Virus record (IMG/VR): IMGVR_UViG_3300024232_000017
Span: 1 to 51,759 of that record
Strand: one strand, 5' to 3'
DNA from: a virus
Taxonomy: Duplodnaviria; Caudoviricetes
DNA: 51,759 nt
Every line of letters starts with the position of its first letter. Positions within the stretch are counted from its first letter, which is position 1. The position numbers and the translations under genes are program-made. Shown piece by piece: positions 29,251 through 38,092 of the stretch. The notes under the pieces were generated by a model. It was not told the DNA's origin and did no database searches. It saw only the letters and a program-made list of their open reading frames with translations.

Positions 29251-30267
29251 ATGAATGACACCACAGTAAAAACCGTGGCAATCATTTCCGATTTTGAAAA
29301 GGCCGCAACGGACGTTGCGCGCCAATTCGGGGCGGATGCCACATTCTCCGGCCATGTAGACGAGTTTCTAAAGGCTGGCGAAACGGTGCGCATGGGTGCG
29401 CTAAATCTGTTTCTTGACGTGAACGCCAACAATGCGGATTTGCTGGCGATACTGCCACGACTGGACACGAAGGAAGGCAAGCCGGGCGCGGGGAATAATC
29501 CCGAGTTCAGCAAGCTCACTGTCGTGAAGGCCGATGGCACGAACGGCGAGAAATTCGTTTCGTTCTATACCATCTTGGCACGCGAGTATCCCGCCGGCCA
29601 AAAGATCGAGGGCGTGCTCATTGATCTCAAGAAACGGAAGGAAAACGGGACGTTGATACCCGTTTCCTACGAACGGGATATGAAGAAATGGGCCGCTCGC
29701 AAGACGGCTCTCCGCTCTGTGTTCCGCAAGATGGGTAAGCTCTACCACCAATTCGAGGATTTGCAAGGCTGTGCCTTAGTCAAGGCATACCCGGCAATGA
29801 TCGAACAGGCCGATGGAACGATGGTTCCGTGTCAATCGGCGGAACCCATCTTGCTTCAGTCAGTGTCCAATGTGCAGGATTTCAAGGCGATGTCTGTTGA
29901 CGCCTTCCTTCGCTTGGACATTGCCGAAGCTGTCACCAAAGCCGGTGGTGCTGACAAGGTCACGAAGGCCCACTTGCTCGCCACCGTTCAACGTGATGAC
30001 ACAGCGCGCAAGCTGAAGCCGTTGGCGATGGCCACATACCCGGATTATATCTCCGGTGTGTGGAATTTCACGGACGCCAACGGCGCGACCATTCAGCAAC
30101 GTGTCCATAAGCGTGACGCTGAAGGCAAGGCGTTGGCCGTGGCCATGTATCGGCTGCAAACCCAAATCGGCGACCTTATCGACCCTCTCGGTAAGGAACT
30201 GGCCGCTTGGGTGGATGCCGATGACAAGGCGATCGAAGCGAAGAAGGCGACGAAGGCTGCCGCATAA
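29251..30267 (+). CDS. First early gene, hypothetical 338 aa
   Basis: AGGAG RBS, GC-rich codons, own terminator. Confidence 0.85.
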   Translation: MNDTTVKTVAIISDFEKAATDVARQFGADATFSGHVDEFLKAGETVRMGALNLFLDVNANNADLLAILPRLDTKEGKPGAGNNPEFSKLTVVKADGTNGEKFVSFYTILAREYPAGQKIEGVLIDLKKRKENGTLIPVSYERDMKKWAARKTALRSVFRKMGKLYHQFEDLQGCALVKAYPAMIEQADGTMVPCQSAEPILLQSVSNVQDFKAMSVDAFLRLDIAEAVTKAGGADKVTKAHLLATVQRDDTARKLKPLAMATYPDYISGVWNFTDANGATIQQRVHKRDAEGKALAVAMYRLQTQIGDLIDPLGKELAAWVDADDKAIEAKKATKAAA

Positions 30268-30290
30268 ACTCCTACTGCCCCAACTCAATG

Positions 30291-30320
30291 CCCCTAGGGA
30301 TAAAACCCTAGGGGTTTTTT
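30291..30320 (+). terminator. Rho-independent terminator
   Basis: CCCCTAGGG-ATAAAA-CCCTAGGGG-TTTTTT. Confidence 0.9.
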
Positions 30321-30322
30321 AT

Positions 30323-30402
30323 TGCGTTGCAGCTACCGCACTGCAACATAGGCGATCCCCGCTGGATGCTGCACTGCACAATATTCATGTTGCACCGCAA
30401 CA
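30323..30402. promoter_or_regulatory. Cluster of TGC-N3-GCA (PhaR/AniA-like) boxes
   Basis: TGCGTTGCAGCT, CGCACTGCAACA, TGCACTGCACAA, TGCACCGCAACA. Confidence 0.55.
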
Positions 30403-30560
30403 TAGTTGCGCGTGAAACAGGTTTTCCTATCATCATCGGCTCTCGTGCATGGAGCGTTTTGGTTTGGGGCTAAGATATAGGTATGTATTCTTGTGCCTAG
30501 CCAGTATATTGGCCTAGAATAGTGGGGCGTAGAACTAAAGACCATTAGTCCTTGAGGTTA

Positions 30561-30609
30561 GTCTAAGAGACAACCTCAGGTTGACGTAGACCCCAGGGCT
30601 TGCTAGGGT
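30561..30609 (+). promoter_or_regulatory. Early sigma70 promoter with conserved upstream box, copy 1
   Basis: GTCTAAGAG starting 20 nt before TTGACG, 17 nt spacer, TGn-TAGGGT. Confidence 0.7.
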
Positions 30610-30684
30610 AAGATATGGAAGTTTTCTGACTAACAAAGAGAGAGCTTCCTAGAACCCACCACCATAGAAAGAGGGAGAAAGTCT

Positions 30685-30990
30685 ATGGGAAAGCGAGGCC
30701 CAAAGCCTGGACACAGGCAACGGGCAATCAAACTGGTCAACATGTCTGATAAACCTGTTGATCTTGAGGACTGGCAGAAGGGAGACAAGCGATTGGCTGT
30801 TACCTTGGCCGATTGGCTTGCTCAAAAGACGCAAGTCACCACTGCCATCAGCACCACGGACGATGGGGCAATCCTCATCGACTACGCCTTGCACGGGGTG
30901 TTACAGCCCACGGTCAGGGTGTACGCTGGCAAGATCATCTGGCCGAAGGGAACAGACTTCGACCTAATGATGGCCTTTCTTAAAGCATAA
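30685..30990 (+). CDS. Early hypothetical protein
   Basis: GGGAG RBS, downstream of promoter. Confidence 0.75.
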   Translation: MGKRGPKPGHRQRAIKLVNMSDKPVDLEDWQKGDKRLAVTLADWLAQKTQVTTAISTTDDGAILIDYALHGVLQPTVRVYAGKIIWPKGTDFDLMMAFLKA

Positions 30991-31049
30991 CCGTTGGGGC
31001 TGGCATCCCCTTACCACTGCCACAACCATTCATAGAGAGGGGAATACCA

Positions 31050-31346
31050 ATGGCTCGCATGCATGTTTGCGCTGAGGTGACGCAGTTTGAATTAGGAAAG
31101 CACACTGGCTTTCTTGATATGAACGACACTCATAAACTCTGGCAAGAGTTTGATGATTTTGGTAATCACCGGCTATGTTTTGAAAGCCGGGAACTGGCGT
31201 CCGAATGGACCAGCTACACAGGCATATCAGTATTAGATGTGCCAAAGGTTGGGATGTTTCGTGGCACGTCTGACTATTACAAAGGAACTCTACCCAGAGT
31301 GTTCCAAATCACCATGTCCCTAGAAGATTCGCTAGGGGAGGTGTGA
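31050..31346 (+). CDS. Early hypothetical protein
   Basis: GAGGGG RBS. Confidence 0.7.
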   Translation: MARMHVCAEVTQFELGKHTGFLDMNDTHKLWQEFDDFGNHRLCFESRELASEWTSYTGISVLDVPKVGMFRGTSDYYKGTLPRVFQITMSLEDSLGEV

Positions 31347-31347
31347 C

Positions 31348-31593
31348 ATGAAAGCGGGCGTGGACTATCCATCCTGGACAACTCTGTTTCCAAAGGGTCG
31401 TTACATTTATTATGAGGGCAATACACCCGACGAATTTATCGCTGAAGTCAAGGCGAGATTTGGCTTTGACCCAGTGAAGAATAAGCCTAATTGGCAGCAG
31501 GAATACAAGGACTGGGGTTGTTTTGGTTTCTTCTGCCCGCCCGAACATCTTGACGCCATCTATGGCAACAACGAATATCCGATGGGGTCATAG
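31348..31593 (+). CDS. Early hypothetical protein
   Basis: GGAGG RBS, tight packing. Confidence 0.75.
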   Translation: MKAGVDYPSWTTLFPKGRYIYYEGNTPDEFIAEVKARFGFDPVKNKPNWQQEYKDWGCFGFFCPPEHLDAIYGNNEYPMGS

Positions 31594-31595
31594 AC

Positions 31596-31829
31596 ATGTC
31601 CAGCCGTCAAATCAATCTGCCCGATGGGCAGCACACGATGCTCATTTACGAGAGTGAGCATTCCGTATCTTTTACTGTATATCACAACGTTTCGTTTCAT
31701 ACGAAACAGGACTTGCGTCTTGATAAGCGCAAGGTTCCTAATTGGGCTGAGCTAATCGGCATTGCCGAAGACTTGGCCCGTAAGCGTTATGCCCCTGACC
31801 TGTTTCAACAACGCAGGAGGGGCAGGTGA
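31596..31829 (+). CDS. Early hypothetical protein
   Basis: Tight packing. Confidence 0.65.
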   Translation: MSSRQINLPDGQHTMLIYESEHSVSFTVYHNVSFHTKQDLRLDKRKVPNWAELIGIAEDLARKRYAPDLFQQRRRGR

Positions 31830-32035
31830 GCGCTTTATACGACTACCTCTGGCGTATTGAGAAGGAAGATGAAAAACTCTTTCTTCATACGCCGTATTAC
31901 AACTCAATACACAACTCTATCTTGGGTTGTTCGAGCATAAAGCAGTCCATTGTCATCCGTCGTCGTGAACTCAAAGGTGTGTTCCGAAGGATGAGGATTG
32001 CTGATTTTGATATGGAATTCATCACAATGCACTGA
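31826..32035 (+). CDS. Early hypothetical protein
   Basis: GTGA overlap, GGAGG RBS. Confidence 0.6.
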   Translation: MSALYDYLWRIEKEDEKLFLHTPYYNSIHNSILGCSSIKQSIVIRRRELKGVFRRMRIADFDMEFITMH

Positions 32036-32040
32036 GAGGT

Positions 32041-32280
32041 GTGCCCATGGCTTTCAATGACCCAATCTTCTCTCACCGTAATGGTGAGGAACAGCCGATG
32101 AAATCTGCCACAATGGAAGCGTGGTTGGAAAACCGTGCTTATTCAACGTGGCCTCGCATTCAAACGTGGGAAGTGTATCAGCGTCAGTTGATCTGGCAAT
32201 CGCGTCTCATGCGTACACAATTCTCTTCAACCTATATTCGGAGAGCCTTATATGTCTCACGAACTAACGAGAGGAGATAA
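32041..32280 (+). CDS. Early hypothetical protein
   Basis: GAGG RBS; start uncertain. Confidence 0.55.
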   Translation: MPMAFNDPIFSHRNGEEQPMKSATMEAWLENRAYSTWPRIQTWEVYQRQLIWQSRLMRTQFSSTYIRRALYVSRTNERR

Positions 32281-32482
32281 GGTTTACTCTGAGGTAAGGC
32301 TTGCCCAGGGTAAGCAACCCAATGGGTATATCGTCAGGCTCGTCCAATCTGACGGTGAGATAACGGACGTCCATGTGCGCTGGCACTCTGAACCATCGGA
32401 GGATGAATACTTACTCGTCGATGTGTTTGATGGGACGTGGGAATCCAACTTCCCCAACACATGGTATTTGATGGACCATTAG
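32252..32482 (+). CDS. Early hypothetical protein
   Basis: GGAGAG RBS. Confidence 0.65.
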   Translation: MSHELTRGDKVYSEVRLAQGKQPNGYIVRLVQSDGEITDVHVRWHSEPSEDEYLLVDVFDGTWESNFPNTWYLMDH

Positions 32483-32514
32483 GGCTTGTCCCTATCATCA
32501 ATTTCGGAGGTCTA

Positions 32515-32688
32515 ATGTCCGTATACATTTGTCGTAAATGCAAGGCTAGTCAGACTAGGCAGCCTTTCAAGCGTTCGGAAGTGAAGTATTGGACGTGCAT
32601 GAAATGTGCAGGCATTGATAAGTTTCAGGTTACTGTGGTCGAAAAAACCCAGGTAACTGTAAAGCGTGCTAAGATGAAATTGTTTTAG
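32515..32688 (+). CDS. Small zinc-ribbon protein
   Basis: GGAGG RBS before ATG 32515; CRKC and CMKC. Confidence 0.55.
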   Translation: MSVYICRKCKASQTRQPFKRSEVKYWTCMKCAGIDKFQVTVVEKTQVTVKRAKMKLF

Positions 32689-32720
32689 CGTGATATAGGT
32701 CCTTATCATCGTGATGGGTC

Positions 32721-32769
32721 GTCTAAGAGGGAACCCAAGGTTGACGTAAGACCCAGAGCATGTCATGCT
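32721..32769 (+). promoter_or_regulatory. Early sigma70 promoter with conserved upstream box, copy 2
   Basis: GTCTAAGAG starting 20 nt before TTGACG, 17 nt spacer, TGn-CATGCT. Confidence 0.7.
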
Positions 32770-32796
32770 GGATATAATGGAGAGGGAGAAGTATCA

Positions 32797-33294
32797 ATGG
32801 GAGCAAGGTGGATGCAGCAGAAGCTGCAGAAGATGCGGAAGGCAAGACGTTCGCATCTGAAGGGGTACACAATGCATCGGGGCAATCGAAAGCCTCCGAA
32901 CAAAGATGTCATTAAAGAATATAAAGAACGTGCCAAGGGCATAGGCATTGATGAAGTTTTCATTGATGCTCACATGCGGGCGTTCTGGCCGGACCATAAT
33001 CCAGAGAGACGTAATTCTCCTGGAAGAATTGAAGCGCTACACAAAGCACAAATCTTGCGCGATGCACAGAATGCAATTGAAGAAGTTGAAAGATGTGTTG
33101 AAGTATTTGCCAATGAACGAAGGGCCATGCACTTGTACTTTGCAAGAGGCAATGGCCCAGCTTTCTTCATCGAAAGAGATTTTATCTTAGGTAGATTTCG
33201 CAGATCAGAGGAATACCGCGACGCAAACTCGGCGCGAACGCATTACCAAATGCGAGCAATCCGCTGGTATGAGTATCGACCAATCCCTCCTTGA
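32797..33294 (+). CDS. Early basic hypothetical protein
   Basis: GGGAG RBS, downstream of promoter. Confidence 0.75.
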   Translation: MGARWMQQKLQKMRKARRSHLKGYTMHRGNRKPPNKDVIKEYKERAKGIGIDEVFIDAHMRAFWPDHNPERRNSPGRIEALHKAQILRDAQNAIEEVERCVEVFANERRAMHLYFARGNGPAFFIERDFILGRFRRSEEYRDANSARTHYQMRAIRWYEYRPIPP

Positions 33295-33297
33295 GAT

Positions 33298-33493
33298 TAG
33301 CCGCTGTTCCTCCCCCTCGGTACACGGCTATAGGCCCTCGGCGTGTCCCCTCCCGCCGGGGGCCAACCCTTCCCAGTTGTACGTAGCGTGAGAAGCGTAT
33401 CTTGCTGCACCCTGCCCGGTTGCAGCAGGTGAGGTCCAGCGTGTGCACTGAAGCAGTGCTGGTGTCAATACTGCTCAAGAGCACCGCTGGACC
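33298..33493 (+). ncRNA. Candidate sRNA with C-rich anti-SD loop hairpins (cuckoo/AbcR-like)
   Basis: Intergenic; consecutive hairpins presenting TTCCTCCCCCTC, TGTCCCCTCC, CCTTCCCA, CCCTGCCC. Confidence 0.6.
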
Positions 33494-33513
33494 AACACAT
33501 TGGAGATTAAACA

Positions 33514-33714
33514 ATGCTTCCAGATATTCTCATAACGCTCAGAAAGCTTAGGGTATTGTTCGATGGTTTGTCTCCCAAGGGAACTGAGTGGATTCTTCGT
33601 TATACTTCTGACGCTCCTGTTGATTTTATTAAACCTGAGTTTGCAGAGAAGTTTGCTGTTGCTATTAAACATGAAGCCGAGAAGCAAGGACTTAAGGTAG
33701 AGATATTTCGTTAA
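33514..33714 (+). CDS. Hypothetical protein
   Basis: GGAG RBS. Confidence 0.65.
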   Translation: MLPDILITLRKLRVLFDGLSPKGTEWILRYTSDAPVDFIKPEFAEKFAVAIKHEAEKQGLKVEIFR

Positions 33715-33740
33715 GTTGTACCGAACGGGGAGAGGTCCCA

Positions 33741-34271
33741 ATGTTTGATGACGACGCTGCCCGCACAGCAAGTGCGGGACACACGACGACTGAGGTCCTG
33801 ACTGCGTTGTGGAGTTACGACGAAGTCAAGATCATCTTGGCTATGTTGGGTATTTTGTTGCTTGCGTACCTGGCGTGGAAATTGGTTTTGCGTGATGCGT
33901 TGCTATTCACCACGGAATACACCGCGAAACAAATCGCAGCTTTCTTCGAGGGGAAGAGAATGCAAGAGGGTGATCGCATGCGGCAGCAAGGAATAGCCGC
34001 GCAGACTATTGCCATAGGTTTGGAAGCAGATGTGGACAAGGGCCTTCTTACCAGGGCATTTGTCGATGATCTCTACAAGCGTATGGCTCATGGGCTTCCG
34101 CCCTTGAAGAGGGCAGTTGAGCCTGAGCCTAAGCCGATTAAGGAAGTGCTCGCCCCCAAGTGGGCTGCAGCATCCTTCGTCGAAGGAATGATGAAGAAGC
34201 TTCGTCTCCGCAAGGAGAAGGAAGAGCACCCGCGTGATCAGTTGGCGCAGTGCTTCAAGACCAACAACTGA
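33741..34271 (+). CDS. Membrane-anchored hypothetical protein
   Basis: GAGG RBS; one TM segment. Confidence 0.75.
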   Translation: MFDDDAARTASAGHTTTEVLTALWSYDEVKIILAMLGILLLAYLAWKLVLRDALLFTTEYTAKQIAAFFEGKRMQEGDRMRQQGIAAQTIAIGLEADVDKGLLTRAFVDDLYKRMAHGLPPLKRAVEPEPKPIKEVLAPKWAAASFVEGMMKKLRLRKEKEEHPRDQLAQCFKTNN

Positions 34272-34300
34272 ACCAGCCGTGCATCGAACAGGAGAACCTG

Positions 34301-35773
34301 ATGCATCGTTACTTGACTATCGTGAAGAACCCCGGACTAATCGTGCCGGAGTCCTATTGGGGACTTGCCATCAAGCAATTCCCATCGGCTCTGGGCGTAG
34401 CCGTGGCGACAAAGGTGGAAAACGATTCCATCTTAATTGTCAACAAGAAGCTGGGCCTTGATTCGGCAGCTACGCTCGCCGCGATCACCAAGGTCCAGGA
34501 ACAGTTCAAAGCGCAGAAGGTCATCTTCAGCCTCGCCGCTTTCCCCGAGAAGGCGTCGGAAGACGACATTCAGCCGTTCACCTTGGCTGTCAAGGGTGAG
34601 GACGACGAGCAGATCGTTGCCTTCATCGACGGCGCTGGCGCTAGGTTCGACAAGGGCGAAGGTCATTCAGCAGAATTCCACTGCTGGCAAGAGGCGCTCG
34701 GACCTATCATCGGCGGCAAGATGTACAAGAAGATCGCCGGGGAGGACTTGAAGAAGTTCTCCGAAGAGCTTGCCGATCCTGTGAACAAGCAGGTGCTCAA
34801 CGGCATGTTCGACAACGCCGGCACCATAGCTATTCTCACGTTAAGCGATAATTTGCACACCTTTTCCGAAGGGGAACAACGCAAGGCGTTTCCGTTCGGC
34901 TTCGTTTCGCAGCACTTGGGTTACACGGAAGACGCAGCGGCAGCGGCACCGTCGAAGGCAGATGCCGGAACGCCGGTGACTGGGAAGAAGCCGAAGTTCG
35001 ACTTCCTCTCTGGCGGCACACCTGCCGCTCCCGCTGCTCCGCAACCAACACCCGTTGGCCCTCAGCCCGATAAGCCTGTCGAAGGGCAACCTGGCAAGAC
35101 TCTCGAAGAGATCATTGCTGCGGATGACTACGAGTGGCGCACGCCGCCGGATGAAGTTCGCAAGAACAACGGTCATCTGAAGTCTTGGTACAAGGAAGTG
35201 TCCAAGACCGGGAAGATCCCGCAGGACTGCGACTGGAAGAACTATGCTCCGGTCCGTACCAAGTACAAGAAAACAGGTATGGACAAGCTCTCTGCGGTGG
35301 CCGTCAAACCCGTGCAGGTTCCGTCGAGTCCGGCAGAACGAGCAGGGTTGGAAGCCATTCCCGTGATCTCCACCGAGGCCACGAAGAGCTTCCACGATTG
35401 GCTCGCTGAAGGCAAAGCCAAGAAACTCAGAACTGACTACGCCGGCAAGTACGACGTCTCCAAGATGTTGGAGTTGACGGAGAAACTCCCCAACTTCGAA
35501 CAAGCGGCAGGACTCAAACTCGAAGAGTCCTTTCCTTGGGACTACGGCCTTTGCCTCGAACTCGCTCGGAAACATCCCGAGCACGCTGCTCTCGCCATCA
35601 TGCACTTCAAGAAGCTCTACATGGAAGACTTGGCAACGGCACCTGAGACGCCGGCCGAAGTCCCTGAGCCTCTGAAGAAGACGGGCACCGACGATACGCC
35701 TGTTTCACCCCCGCGTCCGCCGACCAGCGTTCCTGCTGCGTCCGCGAAGAAGCCGAAGTTCAATTTCGGCTAA
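34301..35773 (+). CDS. Protein with degenerate class II glutamine amidotransferase (Ntn)-like N-terminal domain and Pro/Ala linkers
   Basis: AGGAG RBS before ATG 34301; N-terminal pattern resembles GATase-II but lacks Cys1; family call tentative. Confidence 0.55.
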   Translation: MHRYLTIVKNPGLIVPESYWGLAIKQFPSALGVAVATKVENDSILIVNKKLGLDSAATLAAITKVQEQFKAQKVIFSLAAFPEKASEDDIQPFTLAVKGEDDEQIVAFIDGAGARFDKGEGHSAEFHCWQEALGPIIGGKMYKKIAGEDLKKFSEELADPVNKQVLNGMFDNAGTIAILTLSDNLHTFSEGEQRKAFPFGFVSQHLGYTEDAAAAAPSKADAGTPVTGKKPKFDFLSGGTPAAPAAPQPTPVGPQPDKPVEGQPGKTLEEIIAADDYEWRTPPDEVRKNNGHLKSWYKEVSKTGKIPQDCDWKNYAPVRTKYKKTGMDKLSAVAVKPVQVPSSPAERAGLEAIPVISTEATKSFHDWLAEGKAKKLRTDYAGKYDVSKMLELTEKLPNFEQAAGLKLEESFPWDYGLCLELARKHPEHAALAIMHFKKLYMEDLATAPETPAEVPEPLKKTGTDDTPVSPPRPPTSVPAASAKKPKFNFG

Positions 35774-35782
35774 TACCTATTT

Positions 35783-35816
35783 CCTGGGGCGTTGTAACAA
35801 GCGTCCCAGGGTTTGT
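35783..35816 (+). terminator. Rho-independent terminator
   Basis: CCTGGGGCG..CGTCCCAGG stem plus T-rich tail. Confidence 0.6.
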
Positions 35817-35835
35817 CTATTTGAAGGGAGCAGAC

Positions 35836-36513
35836 ATGTCTTTACATTCAATCCTCAACAAGTTAACCGGGAATGGTAAGCTGGATCCGGAACTCTGGCG
35901 TCGTGCAGCGGAGAAACGTACGCAGTTTACTCCGGACTTGCTCAAGTTGTCGGAGAAACGGAAGCACTTCCTCTTCGTCTATGACGAGATGAAGATCAAC
36001 TTCCCTGCCTACAATGCCCTGAAAGGGGCTGCCTTCGTCTGCAACGGCATCACCGTTCAGAATACATTCGAAGTTTATCTTCGGCAGACGACCACAGTTA
36101 AGTCAGTAGTCGCGGTGAATGTAACACCGCCCGACCCTAGGGATTTCCGTTTTGACCCTCGTAAGCCAGGACCAGGGCGCATCCGGGGCCAGCTTCATCT
36201 CGTTCCGGCGGAGACGCTGTTTGAACTTGACGAAACAATGGCCAACGGCGTATACTTCGACCGACAAAAAGTCAAGGTACGCTTGCCCTGGACTGGCAAG
36301 AACTATCAGAAAGTCCGTGGCATGTGGGTGCCTTCCGACGAGGATAATTACCTCCCGGCTTACGCTTACATCGCTGGGCCTGAAGCTATTGAGGAAGACA
36401 AGAACCTCAAGCTCGTCAGCCGCTTCGTCCCCCGAACGCGGGATAACAACGGACATTACGTCCACGACATCCCCTACTATGAGTTCACTCGCAACGACTT
36501 GAATGGCATCTAG
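35836..36513 (+). CDS. Gamma-glutamylcyclotransferase (AIG2-like) fold protein, divergent
   Basis: LFVYDEMK (cf. FVYGTL), IRGQLHLV, LFELD, YFDRQKV, AYAY. Confidence 0.7.
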   Translation: MSLHSILNKLTGNGKLDPELWRRAAEKRTQFTPDLLKLSEKRKHFLFVYDEMKINFPAYNALKGAAFVCNGITVQNTFEVYLRQTTTVKSVVAVNVTPPDPRDFRFDPRKPGPGRIRGQLHLVPAETLFELDETMANGVYFDRQKVKVRLPWTGKNYQKVRGMWVPSDEDNYLPAYAYIAGPEAIEEDKNLKLVSRFVPRTRDNNGHYVHDIPYYEFTRNDLNGI

Positions 36514-38074
36514 AGTTATAAGAACAGAACAGTGTCCCTCTTGCGCCAGCAAGGGAAGAGACATATCACAAAACAACTTGGCCGTTTATGATGACGGCCA
36601 TTCATTTTGTTATGCTGAAAATTTATATTTTCCAGCTAATGGAGGAGACTTCAACCCATTGGAGAATGAGAGTTATACCTATGAGTATTTAGCTCATAGA
36701 GGAATTAATGTTAATACATTTAAGCATTATGAATGCAAGACCAAGATTGATAAAGACGGTAAGCCTATTGCTGTAGGGTTTAGATACCCTGATGGTTCCT
36801 ATAAGATTAGGTCATTGGAGAAGAAGGCATTTGAGTGGTCCCCTCACGGAGACAAATCCAAGACCGGACTGTTTGGGAGGGATAAGTTCTCTGCTGGCAG
36901 TTCATCATCCATCACTATTACGGAAGGTGAATACGATGCTCAGAGCCTTTGGCAACTTCTTCGAACTCCTGTGGTCTCTGTACAGGGGTCTGGCAGTGCT
37001 CTTCGTGACTGTTCTGCTGATCTGGATTACCTCCGCTCTTTCGACAGGGTATACTTTGCCTTCGACAATGACGCGGCTGGGCGAGAAGCTCTTCAACGCT
37101 GCGCAGGTTTGTTTGATTACAACAAAGTCTACGTTGTCAAACTAACCAAGCACAAGGATGCCAATGACTATCTGACTGCCGGTGACGGCGACGAGCTAGT
37201 TACTGCTTGGAAGAATGCCAAGAAGTACTTGCCAGATACCATTGTCTCCTCATTCGCTGAGTTCAGGGAACTCCTGAAAGAGCCGCCTAAGTTAGGCATT
37301 CCCTATCCATTCCCGTCGTTGACCAAGATGACGTTCGGAATGCGTAAAGGTGAGTCCGTCTTAATCACTGCTCAGGAGAAGGTGGGCAAGACGGAACTGA
37401 TGCATGCAATTGAACATCAGCTATTGAGGGAAACAAATGACCCGATTGGCGCTATTTACTTGGAAGAGCCTCCGCAACGACATTTACAGGCACTTGCGGG
37501 ATTGGAACTTGGAAAGCCTGTCCACTTACCAAACGTGGTGGCGAGCCCTGAAGAGGTCTCTCGTGCCCTTGAAAAACTTCTTCAAGTGGACGACCGTCTT
37601 CATGTGTATTCACACTTTGGGAGTGATGACCCAGACGTACTTCTCGACACGATCCGTTTCCTCGTGGTTAGTCGTCAATGTGCTTTTATCCTCTTGGACC
37701 ATGTCTCTATGGTTGTTAGCGGCCTTGGAGGAGACAATGAGAGACAAGCACTCGACTACTTCATCACCCGACTCCAAATGATGGTGAAAGAGCTAAAGTT
37801 TGGCTTGATCATCGTCTCTCACTTAAATGATTTCAACCAAACTCGTGGCTCTCGTTTCATCAGCAAGACCTGTGACATACAGATCAGGGCTGAGCGGGAC
37901 AAGCTCCACCCTGATCCCATTGTACGTAATACTATGAATTTAATCGTTATTGACAACCGCTACTGCGGGCAGACTGGTCCTTGTTGTTCTCTTTCCTTTG
38001 ATCCAGATACCTATAGATTGAAGGAAGCTGCCAACGATAATTGGGACGATGCTGTAGAAAAATTGGTGGCTTAA
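36503..38074 (+). CDS. DNA primase/helicase (T7 gp4-like)
   Basis: CPSC Zn ribbon, ITEGEYD and FDND TOPRIM, KDAND, GKT Walker A, LDH, VSHL, RGS. Confidence 0.95.
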   Translation: MASRVIRTEQCPSCASKGRDISQNNLAVYDDGHSFCYAENLYFPANGGDFNPLENESYTYEYLAHRGINVNTFKHYECKTKIDKDGKPIAVGFRYPDGSYKIRSLEKKAFEWSPHGDKSKTGLFGRDKFSAGSSSSITITEGEYDAQSLWQLLRTPVVSVQGSGSALRDCSADLDYLRSFDRVYFAFDNDAAGREALQRCAGLFDYNKVYVVKLTKHKDANDYLTAGDGDELVTAWKNAKKYLPDTIVSSFAEFRELLKEPPKLGIPYPFPSLTKMTFGMRKGESVLITAQEKVGKTELMHAIEHQLLRETNDPIGAIYLEEPPQRHLQALAGLELGKPVHLPNVVASPEEVSRALEKLLQVDDRLHVYSHFGSDDPDVLLDTIRFLVVSRQCAFILLDHVSMVVSGLGGDNERQALDYFITRLQMMVKELKFGLIIVSHLNDFNQTRGSRFISKTCDIQIRAERDKLHPDPIVRNTMNLIVIDNRYCGQTGPCCSLSFDPDTYRLKEAANDNWDDAVEKLVA

Positions 38075-38092
38075 ATTGAAGGACAATAGACA

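Noticed and set aside
34841-35605. Long antisense ORFs (also 38428-39270, 44902-45501, 42168-42767)
   Set aside because: Shadows of sense genes with biased codon use; no RBS or motifs
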